A stretch of DNA of 64,000 bases, from positions 38,703 through 102,702 of IMG/VR virus record IMGVR_UViG_2974499565_000001. The stretch is one strand, 5' to 3'. Positions 42,581-51,653 of the stretch are shown here, in pieces. The position numbers and the translations under genes are program-made. Source of the stretch: a virus. Taxonomy: Duplodnaviria; Heunggongvirae; Uroviricota; Caudoviricetes; Demerecviridae. The notes under the pieces are model-generated. The model did no database searches and was not told where the DNA came from. It saw only the letters and a list, made by a program, of their open reading frames with translations. How positions within the stretch are numbered: the first letter of the stretch is position 1; each line of letters starts with the position of its first letter.

Positions 42581-42601
42581 AATTAATGAGAGGGAAACCA
42601 A

Positions 42602-42895
42602 ATGAAACGTTATCTTTCTGTAGTATTTCAAACCGGTGGTCAGCGTTATACTTATGAATTTCCAGAATCTTGGAAAATCAAAGAAGGTGATCAGGTTGTT
42701 GTACTGACACCGCGTGATGGCTTCAAAGTGGTTACGGTTAAGCAAGTATTTCCTAAGGATCATGAACCATCTAAATCTTTTAATTATAAAATGATCCATG
42801 GTTTGGTGAGAAAAGTACCACGGACAGAAGTTGAGGTGGATAAAACTGGGGAAGCTAAATACCAGTATACGTCCTACTTAGACGAGATGATGTAA
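42602..42895 (+). CDS. Hypothetical protein
   Basis: 97-aa ORF. Confidence 0.45.
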   Translation: MKRYLSVVFQTGGQRYTYEFPESWKIKEGDQVVVLTPRDGFKVVTVKQVFPKDHEPSKSFNYKMIHGLVRKVPRTEVEVDKTGEAKYQYTSYLDEMM

Positions 42896-42901
42896 CAAAA
42901 T

Positions 42902-42977
42902 GCTCTGATAGTTCAACAGGTTAGAACAGGCGACCGATAATCGTCAAATCTTGGTTCGATCCCAAGTCGGAGTACCA
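42902..42977 (+). tRNA. tRNA-Ile (anticodon GAT)
   Basis: Acceptor GCTCTGA/TCGGAGT with two G-U pairs. D-stem GTTC/GAAC. Anticodon stem GGCGA/TCGTC, loop CCGATAA. T-arm CTTGG-TTCGATC-CCAAG. CCA encoded. Confidence 0.6.
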
Positions 42978-42983
42978 CATAAT

Positions 42984-43059
42984 AGTTAGTTGGCAGATCG
43001 GTTATGCACCTCCTTCATACGGAGCGACTAGAGTGGTTCGATTCCACTACTAACTACCA
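42984..43059 (+). tRNA. tRNA with CAT anticodon (third copy; Met or Ile2)
   Basis: Acceptor AGTTAGT/ACTAACT perfect. Anticodon stem CCTCC/GGAGC, loop TTCATAC. T-arm AGTGG-TTCGATT-CCACT. CCA encoded. Confidence 0.55.
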
Positions 43060-43428
43060 AACAGAAGATCAGGCCACAGTGCCAGAACTTGCTGAGAAGA
43101 GAGTCCACATTCTATAAATGGCCGGGCGTGACGGCGGGAAGTAGACCGCAACTCTATGCTATCCAAGAGTATAAATGTAGAAGCTAAGACTTTAGATAGC
43201 CATTGTCTTAGCGTGAGCGATCACGTAGTTGCAACAGACCAGGAGGATCGCAACGTTAAAATCAAAGCTCCTGTGCTTTTCTTCTTAATCGAGACCATCA
43301 ATCTCACCGGAATGCTAGCACCCCAACAGTAGCTAGTGATTAAGAGAAAAGCAAGCCTGCCTCCCAGTTTTTATCTTGCTTCTGGGTTATCAAAAAGCTG
43401 AGCCAATTTCTAACATCAGGGAGATCTA
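43060..43428 (+). ncRNA. ORF-free 370-nt region after the tRNA cluster; candidate ncRNA(s)
   Basis: No ORF of 60 aa or more on either strand. Contains hairpin AGCAAG...CTTGCT with a TTTTT run at ~43345-43385. Confidence 0.2.
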
Positions 43429-43797
43429 ATGAAAGCATATCAAAACCTTAAATCCGGCGTAATTAATATTGTTCATGATAATCAGATCATTCAGCTATAC
43501 TCTAAAGATGGTGAACTTAAACAGAAAGTTCTAGTTGAAGATCTAGAAGGTATCACACCTCACTCTGATCCTGAAGCCTTCCGCATCGTAGATGTTGAAG
43601 TAGTTCCTCAAATCGAAGGTGGTCAGCACCTAAATGTCAATGTATTAAGTCGGGATCAGCTTTTGGATGCACAGAAACATCCTGAAAAATACCCTCAGTT
43701 GACCATTCGTGTCTCTGGCTATGCTGTTCGATTTAACGCACTGACGCGTGAACAACAGAACGACGTTATTAGTCGTACATTTACTCAGGCGATCTAA
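43429..43797 (+). CDS. Autonomous glycyl-radical cofactor (GrcA/YfiD-like spare part)
   Basis: C-terminus '[33 protein letters not shown]' closely matches the GrcA/pyruvate-formate-lyase glycyl-radical motif RVSGY. Confidence 0.6.
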   Translation: MKAYQNLKSGVINIVHDNQIIQLYSKDGELKQKVLVEDLEGITPHSDPEAFRIVDVEVVPQIEGGQHLNVNVLSRDQLLDAQKHPEKYPQLTIRVSGYAVRFNALTREQQNDVISRTFTQAI

Positions 43798-43878
43798 TGG
43801 GGTTTGGATACGATTTCTCCCAACTACGCAAGGTAGTCGAGCAAACTCCATTTATCTCCGAAGTTTTAGGAGAACTTA

Positions 43879-44160
43879 ATGGACAGAGCACTAAGGCGTC
43901 ACCATCGTCAACGTGTCAAGAACAATCGCAAGAAGTATTGGACAGTATTCCCCCACGAAGAAAGTCCTAAACGGTTAGGTATTATTACTACTACTCCTTG
44001 TATCTGTTCCTGTTGGATGTGTGGTAATCCCCATAAATACTATGGTAATAGTAAGTCAGGAATGAAAATTTCGGAGCGTAGACAAATGCAAGACGAATTT
44101 GATGGTTTTGTAGGGTGGGGCGAAGGCATTGCAGTAGAGGATGAGCGTCCTGATCTTTAA
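43879..44160 (+). CDS. Cys-rich hypothetical protein
   Basis: 93-aa ORF, 'CICSCWMCGNPH'. Confidence 0.4.
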   Translation: MDRALRRHHRQRVKNNRKKYWTVFPHEESPKRLGIITTTPCICSCWMCGNPHKYYGNSKSGMKISERRQMQDEFDGFVGWGEGIAVEDERPDL

Positions 44161-44169
44161 TTAAATAAT

Positions 44170-44206
44170 AAACCCCGGCTATTGAATAGGTAGTTGGGGT
44201 TTTCTT
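44170..44206 (+). terminator. Putative terminator
   Basis: AACCCC...GGGGTT stem followed by TTCTTAT. The long loop makes this weak. Confidence 0.3.
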
Positions 44207-44412
44207 ATATACACAGGATTTTCAAAATGAAAATTTTTAAAGTGAACTACCGTGGACTATGGTTAGGTGGTACGGCTATTGTTATTGCGAAAACTGAGGA
44301 AGAAGCAATCGAACTAGCCAGAAACCATAGATCTTCTATAGAGTTTGAAGATGTGACAGTAGAAGAACTTCCTAGTACTGGGGTAGTATACAACGATAAC
44401 GGAGATTACTGA
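44194..44412 (+). CDS. Hypothetical protein
   Basis: 72-aa ORF. Confidence 0.35.
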   Translation: MGFSYIHRIFKMKIFKVNYRGLWLGGTAIVIAKTEEEAIELARNHRSSIEFEDVTVEELPSTGVVYNDNGDY

Positions 44413-44469
44413 TGTTATATTTCGAAGTTCGCCCACATTAAGTTAATTCACAGACTTAATGGAGAAAAT

Positions 44470-44865
44470 ATGAGCCGTACTTATCGCAAACAATCTGGAA
44501 ATCGTTACTGGCGTGACAAACATCGTTCCACTTATAACTTCCACAGCACCAACGTGCGTATTCCGTATGTTTACACTGATCGTGATGGTAAACAGTGGAA
44601 GTACTACCGAGTTCGTTCTAATGAAGCATGGGCTATGTCTTGGGATGAAGTTGACGCAGAAATTCAGGAAGGCATCCTGAATAATGAGAAGAAAGATGGT
44701 CACTGGTGGGATTCTATCAACCAGAGTGTTAAATGGCACTCTAACAAAATGGTTCGACAAGGAAATCGCCGTGAGTTACATCGTGTAACGAAAGATCCAG
44801 AAAATTACGACTACAATCGAGATCACGACCTTCGTAAGAAAGGCATTTGGTGGATCTACGACTAA
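44470..44865 (+). CDS. Hypothetical protein
   Basis: 131-aa ORF rich in W, R and Y. Confidence 0.45.
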   Translation: MSRTYRKQSGNRYWRDKHRSTYNFHSTNVRIPYVYTDRDGKQWKYYRVRSNEAWAMSWDEVDAEIQEGILNNEKKDGHWWDSINQSVKWHSNKMVRQGNRRELHRVTKDPENYDYNRDHDLRKKGIWWIYD

Positions 44866-44877
44866 TTTCGTAAATAA

Positions 44878-44920
44878 TTCATTTGCTAAAACCCTCTCCT
44901 TTTGATATAATATTTATATA
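44878..44920 (+). promoter_or_regulatory. Phage early-type promoter
   Basis: TTGCTA (44883..44888), 17-bp spacer, TATAAT (44906..44911), then ATAAATTGATGAGAGGG. Confidence 0.6.
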
Positions 44921-44941
44921 AATTGATGAGAGGGCTTTGAA

Positions 44942-45223
44942 ATGAAAACACGTCTAGACTGTGCTATTCACGTACTTGAGCATGATGTTGTTGGAACCTG
45001 TATGTCTTATCATGCAGCAGGTCGATTAATTATTGAACGTGTGGCTGACATTTGTGGACTCAAGATCACTGAGGATGAAGCAGACGAATTACTCGGACAG
45101 GCAATTGAGAAAACTGAGATTTTCTTGTGTGATTCCTGCTCTTGGTGGTGTGAAGCGCATGAACATTCTTATAACGATTATGATGTTTGCCGTGACTGTA
45201 AAGGAGACGATGAAGATGAATAA
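44942..45223 (+). CDS. Cys-rich hypothetical protein
   Basis: 93-aa ORF, 'CDSCSWWCEAHEHSYNDYDVCRDC'. Confidence 0.4.
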   Translation: MKTRLDCAIHVLEHDVVGTCMSYHAAGRLIIERVADICGLKITEDEADELLGQAIEKTEIFLCDSCSWWCEAHEHSYNDYDVCRDCKGDDEDE

Positions 45224-45515
45224 GTTTATTATTGCACTGATGGTTTCCGCAGTTAGTTTCGGTTCCCAGGCGTCTACCAAAGTTTCTATGAAAAATGGTA
45301 ATGTTAAAGTTCAACAGAACGGTATTACTACCGAGTATGGTAAAGTACGTGATGTTAAAGAACGTAATGGTAAAGTAGAAATCTATACTAATAAAAACTT
45401 CTCTACTCCTGCTGTTACTGTTAGCAAACGTGGTGAAATCACTACTCAACGTTCTAACAATTCCGATTCGTTTACTTGTCGTTATAATTGCGACTTTGAA
45501 GGTGAAGATGAGTAA
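45216..45515 (+). CDS. Secreted/periplasmic small protein with signal peptide
   Basis: Start at ATGAATAA overlapping the upstream stop. 'MNKFIIALMVSAVSFGSQAST'. The ORF-track entry 45033..45515 begins upstream, antisense-like. Confidence 0.45.
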   Translation: MNKFIIALMVSAVSFGSQASTKVSMKNGNVKVQQNGITTEYGKVRDVKERNGKVEIYTNKNFSTPAVTVSKRGEITTQRSNNSDSFTCRYNCDFEGEDE

Positions 45516-45951
45516 TTTAGATCCTAGAGTTCAGGCTGCTGTAGATGAAATCCAAGATCAGATTGACGAAGATTTCGTAGTCTGGGCTAGATTTGGTAAA
45601 GGGGAAGGTTGTCAGCTTTATAGCATGAAGCTAGGGATCTCGGTTGAAGTTATACTTCAACCTGATGGTTCTGTAACTGGTGAACCAATGTGTAGCGTTC
45701 CAGGATTCTCTGGATTCATTACAGGTATGAAGTTGACTCTACCTAATAAACACCTTTATCGAGTAATCTGTCAGATAGAAACAATTAAGCATTTCTTGCC
45801 AGAAGGCAATATTAATGACTACTATCATGAAGTTGTAGCAGCACACATGATGGCCGAACGTAAACGCAGGAGAGAAGAACGTGAAAGAAATAAACTTAAA
45901 CAGTTATGCGAGGATTCCAGCAACGGAACCAGTTCTGGAGTATCTTCGTAG
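45508..45951 (+). CDS. Hypothetical protein
   Basis: Start chosen at MSNLDPRV, where ATGAGTAA overlaps the upstream stop. The C-terminus is K/R/E-rich. Confidence 0.4.
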   Translation: MSNLDPRVQAAVDEIQDQIDEDFVVWARFGKGEGCQLYSMKLGISVEVILQPDGSVTGEPMCSVPGFSGFITGMKLTLPNKHLYRVICQIETIKHFLPEGNINDYYHEVVAAHMMAERKRRREERERNKLKQLCEDSSNGTSSGVSS

Positions 45952-46174
45952 AGAGCATACTGAATTCTGGAGAGCTTATACTTATGAGCATAATTCAGAT
46001 GCTGCTATTGCTTTCGCAGATAAACGTATTGCAGAATACACTGATCCAGTAATTACTGATGGATTTATCAAGATGCCTCTTTGGGATCTGATGCAAAAAT
46101 TCGGTGATACAATGATAATGGGACAAGTTCCATATTTCACTGAAATTTACTTTGACGAAAAGGATATTAAATGA
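45881..46174 (+). CDS. Hypothetical protein
   Basis: 97-aa ORF. Its 5' end overlaps the previous gene, so the start is uncertain. Confidence 0.35.
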   Translation: MKEINLNSYARIPATEPVLEYLRREHTEFWRAYTYEHNSDAAIAFADKRIAEYTDPVITDGFIKMPLWDLMQKFGDTMIMGQVPYFTEIYFDEKDIK

Positions 46175-46455
46175 TTGTTTCTCCGTTTGCTCTTTGGTTT
46201 ATTATTGGTGCAGTTATTGCAATTTATAGCTTTATTGACGATGTATTCTTTGCCAAAAATAAAGACGTATTGCTAGAACATATGAAACGAACTTCTCCAG
46301 ATATACTAAATCAGCTAGGAAGAGATAAAACATATAAAGCAATACTAGCAATATTTATTATATTCGATACACTATTTGGGCCTGTAGCTCTTTATGGATT
46401 CTACCGTAAAACTCGCAAAATGAAACAACTCAAAGCAGAATACTTTGGGAAGTAA
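46171..46455 (+). CDS. Membrane protein (2 TM)
   Basis: 94-aa ORF with hydrophobic segments 'FALWFIIGAVIAIYSFI' and 'AILAIFIIFDTLFGPVALYGF'. Confidence 0.4.
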   Translation: MIVSPFALWFIIGAVIAIYSFIDDVFFAKNKDVLLEHMKRTSPDILNQLGRDKTYKAILAIFIIFDTLFGPVALYGFYRKTRKMKQLKAEYFGK

Positions 46456-46572
46456 AGAACTCGCGTAGGGCCGAGTTAGTGTCACCTACTAACGTTACGG
46501 AAGGGAGTCGTGCCCCTGACAGGCAAAAGTGGTGAGTTGGTCGCTGACCTCAATTCTAACTTAGGAGCTAAC

Positions 46573-46923
46573 ATGACTTTTCTTTTAATTATTTTTGTTG
46601 CATGGCTATTGATCGGAGCTGGTTATGCAATTGCACTTATTCGTCATCTTGATGAATACTCCGCTGAGTGGTTTGTAAAGTATCTACGACTAGAAGATAA
46701 AGCTGAATCCTTTTCTAGTGAAGATGAACGAAAAGCTGTTATGGAAATGACCCCGAAGCAATGTTTACGATACATGCGTGTTATTGGCTTCTTTGGTCTA
46801 TTATTCCTGGGGCCGATTGGTACTACAATCGCTCCATATAAAGAAACAGTTGCCGACATCAAACTATGGAGAACTGCTGGATCGCTACGTCGTGCTAGAG
46901 AATTGAGTACTAAAGAAGATTGA
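46573..46923 (+). CDS. Membrane protein
   Basis: Start chosen at MTFLLIIFVAWLLIGAGYAIALI, a TM helix. The ORF-track start at 46510 is upstream. Confidence 0.4.
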   Translation: MTFLLIIFVAWLLIGAGYAIALIRHLDEYSAEWFVKYLRLEDKAESFSSEDERKAVMEMTPKQCLRYMRVIGFFGLLFLGPIGTTIAPYKETVADIKLWRTAGSLRRARELSTKED

Positions 46924-46960
46924 TCTCAAATCAACTTACTAGCAAAATAAATAATGACAA

Positions 46961-46996
46961 AGCCCAGCCTGCACTTTTGCGACTGGGCTATTTTTG
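46961..46996 (+). terminator. Rho-independent terminator
   Basis: AGCCCAG-CCTGCACTTTTGCGA-CTGGGCT followed by ATTTTTG. Confidence 0.6.
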
Positions 46997-47004
46997 TAAC
47001 AAAA

Positions 47005-47045
47005 TTTCAGTTGCGTAGATGCTCCAAAGTCTTGTATAATATGTT
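47005..47045 (+). promoter_or_regulatory. Phage early-type promoter
   Basis: TTGCGT (47011..47016), 18-bp spacer, TATAAT (47035..47040). Confidence 0.5.
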
Positions 47046-47071
47046 TATAGATTGAGGCAAAAGGATAATTT

Positions 47072-47770
47072 ATGAGAATCATTTCAAAGTTTAATGATGT
47101 TTATGATCTACAGAACAGTTTATTTGATCCCGATCGTGTTTGGGAGCGTAAAACTGAAGAGTTACTAGTTAAGGTAACTGATGATGCAGAAAAGAACATT
47201 GTGCATACTCGCCAAGTATTTCGTGAGGGTTCACTATCTTTCCGTGGTGACTTCGAATACTTCGTAAACCCACTGTTTATTGCAGGTGAAGTTTACTGGC
47301 TACACGAGCTGTACTGCTGGCACCCAGCATTTAGTTTCAAAACGTTCAACCTCGACACTATGTTCGATAAAATGGAAGAGATGGGATTGCATGCTCGCTC
47401 CTACTTAATGGATAAGAGTCGTGGAGATGTTCGTGAAACAATGCGTGATTTGCTCGTTGAAGCAAAACCTAAAGCAGAACGTATCTTGTCCGAACTGCGT
47501 GTACCGATTGCATATGTGAAAGGTATTAAGAAGAACGATAACGATGATGTTCGTAACTTCGTGATTCAGACTAACATTCGTTTCCATCAGTCAGGTATTC
47601 CGTGGCAGGAAATTGAAAGTAACTTATATCGTTTACACCAGATGATCGAGCAATATATCTGGGGCGTATTAGGAACCGGTGAACCAGATACTATTACCAC
47701 TTCCGATAAGGATCGCTTAGCTGCATATGGATTTGATATTGTTACTTCTTTTAGGAATATGAAAAGATGA
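47072..47770 (+). CDS. Hypothetical protein
   Basis: 232-aa ORF. Confidence 0.45.
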   Translation: MRIISKFNDVYDLQNSLFDPDRVWERKTEELLVKVTDDAEKNIVHTRQVFREGSLSFRGDFEYFVNPLFIAGEVYWLHELYCWHPAFSFKTFNLDTMFDKMEEMGLHARSYLMDKSRGDVRETMRDLLVEAKPKAERILSELRVPIAYVKGIKKNDNDDVRNFVIQTNIRFHQSGIPWQEIESNLYRLHQMIEQYIWGVLGTGEPDTITTSDKDRLAAYGFDIVTSFRNMKR

Positions 47771-48264
47771 TCAGTAAGGAAGAGCTAAGAAGGATGTTCG
47801 ATTACCGAGATGATGGTAATCTTATCTGGAAACCCAGGGAAGGGGACGAACACTTTAATAAGATATTCGCCGGAACAGTAGCAGGATCTAGACAAAGTAC
47901 AGGACATAGAGTAGTTGAGCTGTATAATGGTTCCCTAGCTATAGGTACACATAGATTAATCTATGCATGGCATACTGGAGAATGGCCAGAAATAGTTGAC
48001 CATAAGGATAAAGACTCAACTAATGATAGGTTTGAGAACCTAAGACCTGCTACAAGATCTGATAACGCTTGTAATCAAAAAGTAAGAAGCGACAACCATT
48101 TAGGCGTTAAAAATATTCATAGAAAAACAAATGGGACTTACCAAGTAAGAATCACTAAACATGGTAAGCAAGTTTCGAAAACACTTAAGAGTTTGGAAGA
48201 GGCCATAGAATGGAGAGACGCCAAACTTAAAGAACTCCACGGTGAGTTTGCGAGTACAGGCTGA
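47767..48264 (+). CDS. HNH homing endonuclease (HNH/AP2-type)
   Basis: 'IVDHKDKDSTNDRFENLRPAT...IEWRDAKLKEL'. Confidence 0.65.
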   Translation: MISKEELRRMFDYRDDGNLIWKPREGDEHFNKIFAGTVAGSRQSTGHRVVELYNGSLAIGTHRLIYAWHTGEWPEIVDHKDKDSTNDRFENLRPATRSDNACNQKVRSDNHLGVKNIHRKTNGTYQVRITKHGKQVSKTLKSLEEAIEWRDAKLKELHGEFASTG

Positions 48265-48707
48265 TGTGGAAATGGTTTGTAGACTTAGTTTGGGATAATA
48301 AGATGTATATCCTGGGAGCAGGTCTAGCGATAGGCATCGGATTCGGTGCTTATCACTTAGTTAATAAGGTTGAGACTCTAGCAGGTGATCTTGCAGTAGC
48401 TACTAAAAAGATCTCTTCTCTAGAAACCTCCCTTAATAATGTGAGGGCTGAGAGTGAACTTCGTGAGACTCGAATGAATCAGTATTTCACAATGAATAAT
48501 GTTTCGCAAGCAGATCTAGACAAGAAAATTAATCAGCTTGATAAAGCACTTAGTCGTCAAGATATTATAGCTGCAAAGCCTGGATTGGTTACATTAATTG
48601 CTAAAAAGCAGAGTAAGGAGTTCGAGGAAAGATTAGCATGTTTAACTGGAAACTTGGAATACTGCTCGCAGCCGCAATCACAATCACAGGCTGTGCACAA
48701 GAAATAA
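48264..48707 (+). CDS. Putative i-spanin (Rz-like)
   Basis: N-terminal TM 'YILGAGLAIGIGFGAYHLV' followed by a coiled-coil periplasmic domain. An overlapping lipoprotein gene sits in the +1 frame. Confidence 0.4.
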   Translation: MWKWFVDLVWDNKMYILGAGLAIGIGFGAYHLVNKVETLAGDLAVATKKISSLETSLNNVRAESELRETRMNQYFTMNNVSQADLDKKINQLDKALSRQDIIAAKPGLVTLIAKKQSKEFEERLACLTGNLEYCSQPQSQSQAVHKK

Positions 48708-48991
48708 AGCCAGAACCTACCCATGAACTACCAACAGCTCATGTGGACTGGCCTAAAGGACTTCAACCTTGTAGCTTTGATTTCAAATTTGAAAAGAAAT
48801 TAGCTACAAACGGTGAAGATGGCGTAGTAGTAGTCGTACCATATAAAGATTGGAATATGTTGGCAAAATGCCGCGAGGCAGAATATTCATATATCTCACG
48901 ACTGACAAGTATGGTTTGCTTCTACCGCCAAGATTTGCAAGAAAAACGTTGTTTAGTATATTATCCACCAATTAACAATAGGAAAGATTAA
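48638..48991 (+). CDS. Putative o-spanin (Rz1-like lipoprotein) overlapping the i-spanin 3' end
   Basis: 'MFNWKLGILLAAAITITGC' is a signal II peptide with a lipobox. It starts inside the upstream ORF. Confidence 0.4.
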   Translation: MFNWKLGILLAAAITITGCAQEIKPEPTHELPTAHVDWPKGLQPCSFDFKFEKKLATNGEDGVVVVVPYKDWNMLAKCREAEYSYISRLTSMVCFYRQDLQEKRCLVYYPPINNRKD

Positions 48992-49743
48992 TGTCAGTAT
49001 TAGTCGGTTTACATGGTGAAGCTGGTTCGGGAAAAGATACCGTTGCAAAATTAATTATCGATTGGTGTAATGACACGTATCCAACGTGTTTACCCCGTCG
49101 TTACAGTTTTGCCAAGCCCGTTTATGAACTTGCATCTGTAATCCTCGGTGTAACTCCAGAGTTTCTAGGAGAGCGCAGGGGAAAAGAGATTGACCAATGG
49201 TTTACGGTCACACAATCTCAATTGGAGCGAGCTAGAGACGTATGGTTTAAATACGGTATCGATAAGTTTGAAGACTTCTCGTACGTTTGGCCGATTTTTG
49301 AGGAAAAATATCTTAATCCTCAACAACTTATCTCAGAGAATAAAGAAGACGGACTTTATAGTTTATTTATTTCTCCGAGAAAAATGTTACAGCTCGTAGG
49401 GACAGAGCTAGGAAGGCAGCTGGTACATGAACGCATTTGGCTCATAATTCTGGAGCAATCCATCGCTAAAGACGACCCAGATGTCGCCGTAATAACAGAT
49501 GTTAGATTCCCCAATGAAGGAGAGCTACTCAGAGAAACAAACCATTTAGATATGGATTCTTTGATAGTAAATGTAGTACCCGCTGAGCAGAAGTTCACTA
49601 TTAAATCAGATCATCCATCTGAAAGTGGTATTCCTGCAAAATATATTACTCACGAATTAGTTAATAAATTCGATGGTATCAATAACCTTAAACTAGAAGT
49701 TTATAACTTCTGTGACTTAGAGCTAGAACCACTAGTTGGATAA
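48991..49743 (+). CDS. Deoxynucleoside monophosphate kinase-like P-loop kinase
   Basis: P-loop 'GLHGEAGSGKDTVAKL' at the N-terminus. ~250 aa. Confidence 0.45.
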   Translation: MSVLVGLHGEAGSGKDTVAKLIIDWCNDTYPTCLPRRYSFAKPVYELASVILGVTPEFLGERRGKEIDQWFTVTQSQLERARDVWFKYGIDKFEDFSYVWPIFEEKYLNPQQLISENKEDGLYSLFISPRKMLQLVGTELGRQLVHERIWLIILEQSIAKDDPDVAVITDVRFPNEGELLRETNHLDMDSLIVNVVPAEQKFTIKSDHPSESGIPAKYITHELVNKFDGINNLKLEVYNFCDLELEPLVG

Positions 49744-49755
49744 TCAAGGATCGCT

Positions 49756-50355
49756 ATGACTAATAAAAAAGAAGAAAAGACTAACCTGTTTCACTCCATT
49801 CGCCAATCTAATGAGTATACCTTTTTCTTTGATGAAGAATTAGGCCCGCCGGATGAATACCGTGATTTATCAATGGTACTTATGCAGGCAAATGAGGACG
49901 ACGAAATTAATCTGATGCTTAATGGCCCGGGTGGTTATGTTGATACTGCTGCACAGTTATCTAACTTAATTGCTAATTGCCGTGGAACAGTTATAGGACA
50001 CCTGATTGGTCCTAGTGCTTCTGCTTACTGCACAATTTTCCTATCCTGTCATGGATGGGTAGTACATCCACATGCTACGCTAATGGGACACACGTTCTCT
50101 GGTGGGTTCTGTGAGAAAGGTCAAGAAATCAAGAAAGCCTATGAATCTTACAACAAGTTCGTAGAAGATATGATGCTAGATGTCTACTATCCGTTCTTCT
50201 CAATAGATGAAATCGACGAGATGGTAAAAGACAATAAAAATATCTATCTAGATAGCAAGGAAATCCATAAGCGTATTGAAATCTTGGCAAAATATCGATC
50301 TGAGCAATATACTAAAGCCCAGTTACCTCAGTCCGAAGAGCACAACAAAGAGTAA
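49756..50355 (+). CDS. ClpP/S14-like serine peptidase homolog
   Basis: 'LMLNGPGGYVDTAAQLSNLI' resembles ClpP 'INSPGGSVTAG..IYDTM'. 'GPSASAYCTIFL' is a candidate Ser motif and 'VVHPHATLMGH' a candidate His. Confidence 0.4.
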   Translation: MTNKKEEKTNLFHSIRQSNEYTFFFDEELGPPDEYRDLSMVLMQANEDDEINLMLNGPGGYVDTAAQLSNLIANCRGTVIGHLIGPSASAYCTIFLSCHGWVVHPHATLMGHTFSGGFCEKGQEIKKAYESYNKFVEDMMLDVYYPFFSIDEIDEMVKDNKNIYLDSKEIHKRIEILAKYRSEQYTKAQLPQSEEHNKE

Positions 50356-50364
50356 GTAATTTTA

Positions 50365-50397
50365 AGCCAGGGTTTAACGACCCTGGCTTTTCTTTTG
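50365..50397 (+). terminator. Rho-independent terminator
   Basis: AGCCAGGG-TTTAACGA-CCCTGGCT followed by TTTCTTTTG. Confidence 0.65.
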
Positions 50398-50454
50398 CCT
50401 AAAATTCTTCTTGACAACGATAAAAATTTGTGCTCCAGATGTGAACTTTAAAAA

Positions 50455-50495
50455 CACGTTGTAATTTTCCTCTAGAATTAGTATAATGGTAATGG
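50455..50495 (+). promoter_or_regulatory. Promoter for the lysis cassette
   Basis: TTGTAA (50459..50464), 17-bp spacer, TATAAT (50482..50487). RBS GAGGAGG before the GTG start. Confidence 0.5.
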
Positions 50496-50511
50496 TTAGA
50501 GGAGGTTACAA

Positions 50512-51168
50512 GTGGAAAAGTTTCTACAACTATTAACGGTACTGCTCCAAGAAGCGAAAGATCCAGCTTCGCTTCTAAAACGTCTGCTAACTATCTTAGT
50601 TGCTGTCATTATTTTCTTATTTGTTAGTAATACTAGCGAGGTGATGTCATTTTTAAAGACTTTCTCCACGTCTGCGGTTTTACAGGATGTTCAAACCCAA
50701 AGGATAGATAACTTTCCTAATATAGCTCGAGAAAAGAGTATGGTGCTATTCTCGCAAACGGGTGCGGATGCTGTTTTTGTAGTCAAGTATAAACCTGATG
50801 CTATTAATGATTATTCCAACATTATCGCATGGGAGAGCAATGCGCAATTAGATAGGGCTGACTTGGCCGATAAAGCAGTAAATAAAACGTCTGAATTATA
50901 CAGACGTCACCTAGAAGGCTTTAACTACGCTTCGGATTTAACTGTAAAGATTAATAAATATATGGGGGCAAATATCCCCACGTTTAAGAACGTAACATTT
51001 AACTATATTTACACATGTCCGTATTTCAACCTAAATAATATCTACGCTGGATACATAGGTATTGCATGGAAGGATAAGCCCGTAGATACAGCCGACTCGG
51101 AACAATTTAACGAGTACTTAACAAAGCTTTGCTCACCACAGCAAAGATCATTAGGTAGATCTATATGA
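50512..51168 (+). CDS. Holin (218 aa, GTG start)
   Basis: TM helix 'LLTILVAVIIFLFVS'. Located immediately upstream of the endolysin with ATGA overlap. Length matches the T5-type holin. Confidence 0.55.
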   Translation: MEKFLQLLTVLLQEAKDPASLLKRLLTILVAVIIFLFVSNTSEVMSFLKTFSTSAVLQDVQTQRIDNFPNIAREKSMVLFSQTGADAVFVVKYKPDAINDYSNIIAWESNAQLDRADLADKAVNKTSELYRRHLEGFNYASDLTVKINKYMGANIPTFKNVTFNYIYTCPYFNLNNIYAGYIGIAWKDKPVDTADSEQFNEYLTKLCSPQQRSLGRSI

Positions 51169-51578
51169 GTTTTAAATTTGGTAAAAATAGCGAAAAACAA
51201 CTTGCTACTGTTAAACCCGAGCTGCAAAAAGTAGCTCGGAGAGCACTAGAACTATCCCCGTATGATTTTACAATTGTTCAGGGGATTCGTACAGTTGCTC
51301 AAAGTGCCCAAAACATTGCTAATGGCACATCATTCCTCAAAGATCCTAATAAAAGTAAACATATTACTGGGGATGCAATAGATTTTGCACCATATATTAA
51401 TGGCAAAATAGATTGGAACGATCTTGAGGCATTTTGGGCTGTTAAGAAGGCTTTTGAACAGGCTGGAAAAGAATTGGGCATCAAACTTCGTTTTGGAGCT
51501 GACTGGAATGCTTCCGGAGATTATCGCGACGAAATCCAGCGTGGTACCTACGACGGTGGACATGTAGAATTGGTTTAA
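51165..51578 (+). CDS. Endolysin, L-alanyl-D-glutamate peptidase (M15 family)
   Basis: 137 aa. Zn-ligand context 'HITGDAIDF...DGGHVEL' fits the VanY/M15C H-x6-D...H pattern. Confidence 0.7.
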   Translation: MSFKFGKNSEKQLATVKPELQKVARRALELSPYDFTIVQGIRTVAQSAQNIANGTSFLKDPNKSKHITGDAIDFAPYINGKIDWNDLEAFWAVKKAFEQAGKELGIKLRFGADWNASGDYRDEIQRGTYDGGHVELV

Positions 51579-51590
51579 ATAGTAAGGTAA

Positions 51591-51612
51591 GGCGGGAAAT
51601 TCCCGCCTTTTA
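51591..51612 (+). terminator. Rho-independent terminator
   Basis: GGCGGGAAATTCCCGCC followed by TTTTAAAG. Confidence 0.65.
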
Positions 51613-51653
51613 AAGCAAAGGGGGCTTTAATAACTTAATGATAGGAGAAAGCC

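Noticed and set aside
50411-50416. Perfect TTGACA hexamer upstream of the holin promoter
   Set aside because: No acceptable -10 element lies 16-19 bp downstream. The functional promoter is more likely the TTGTAA/TATAAT pair at 50459-50487.
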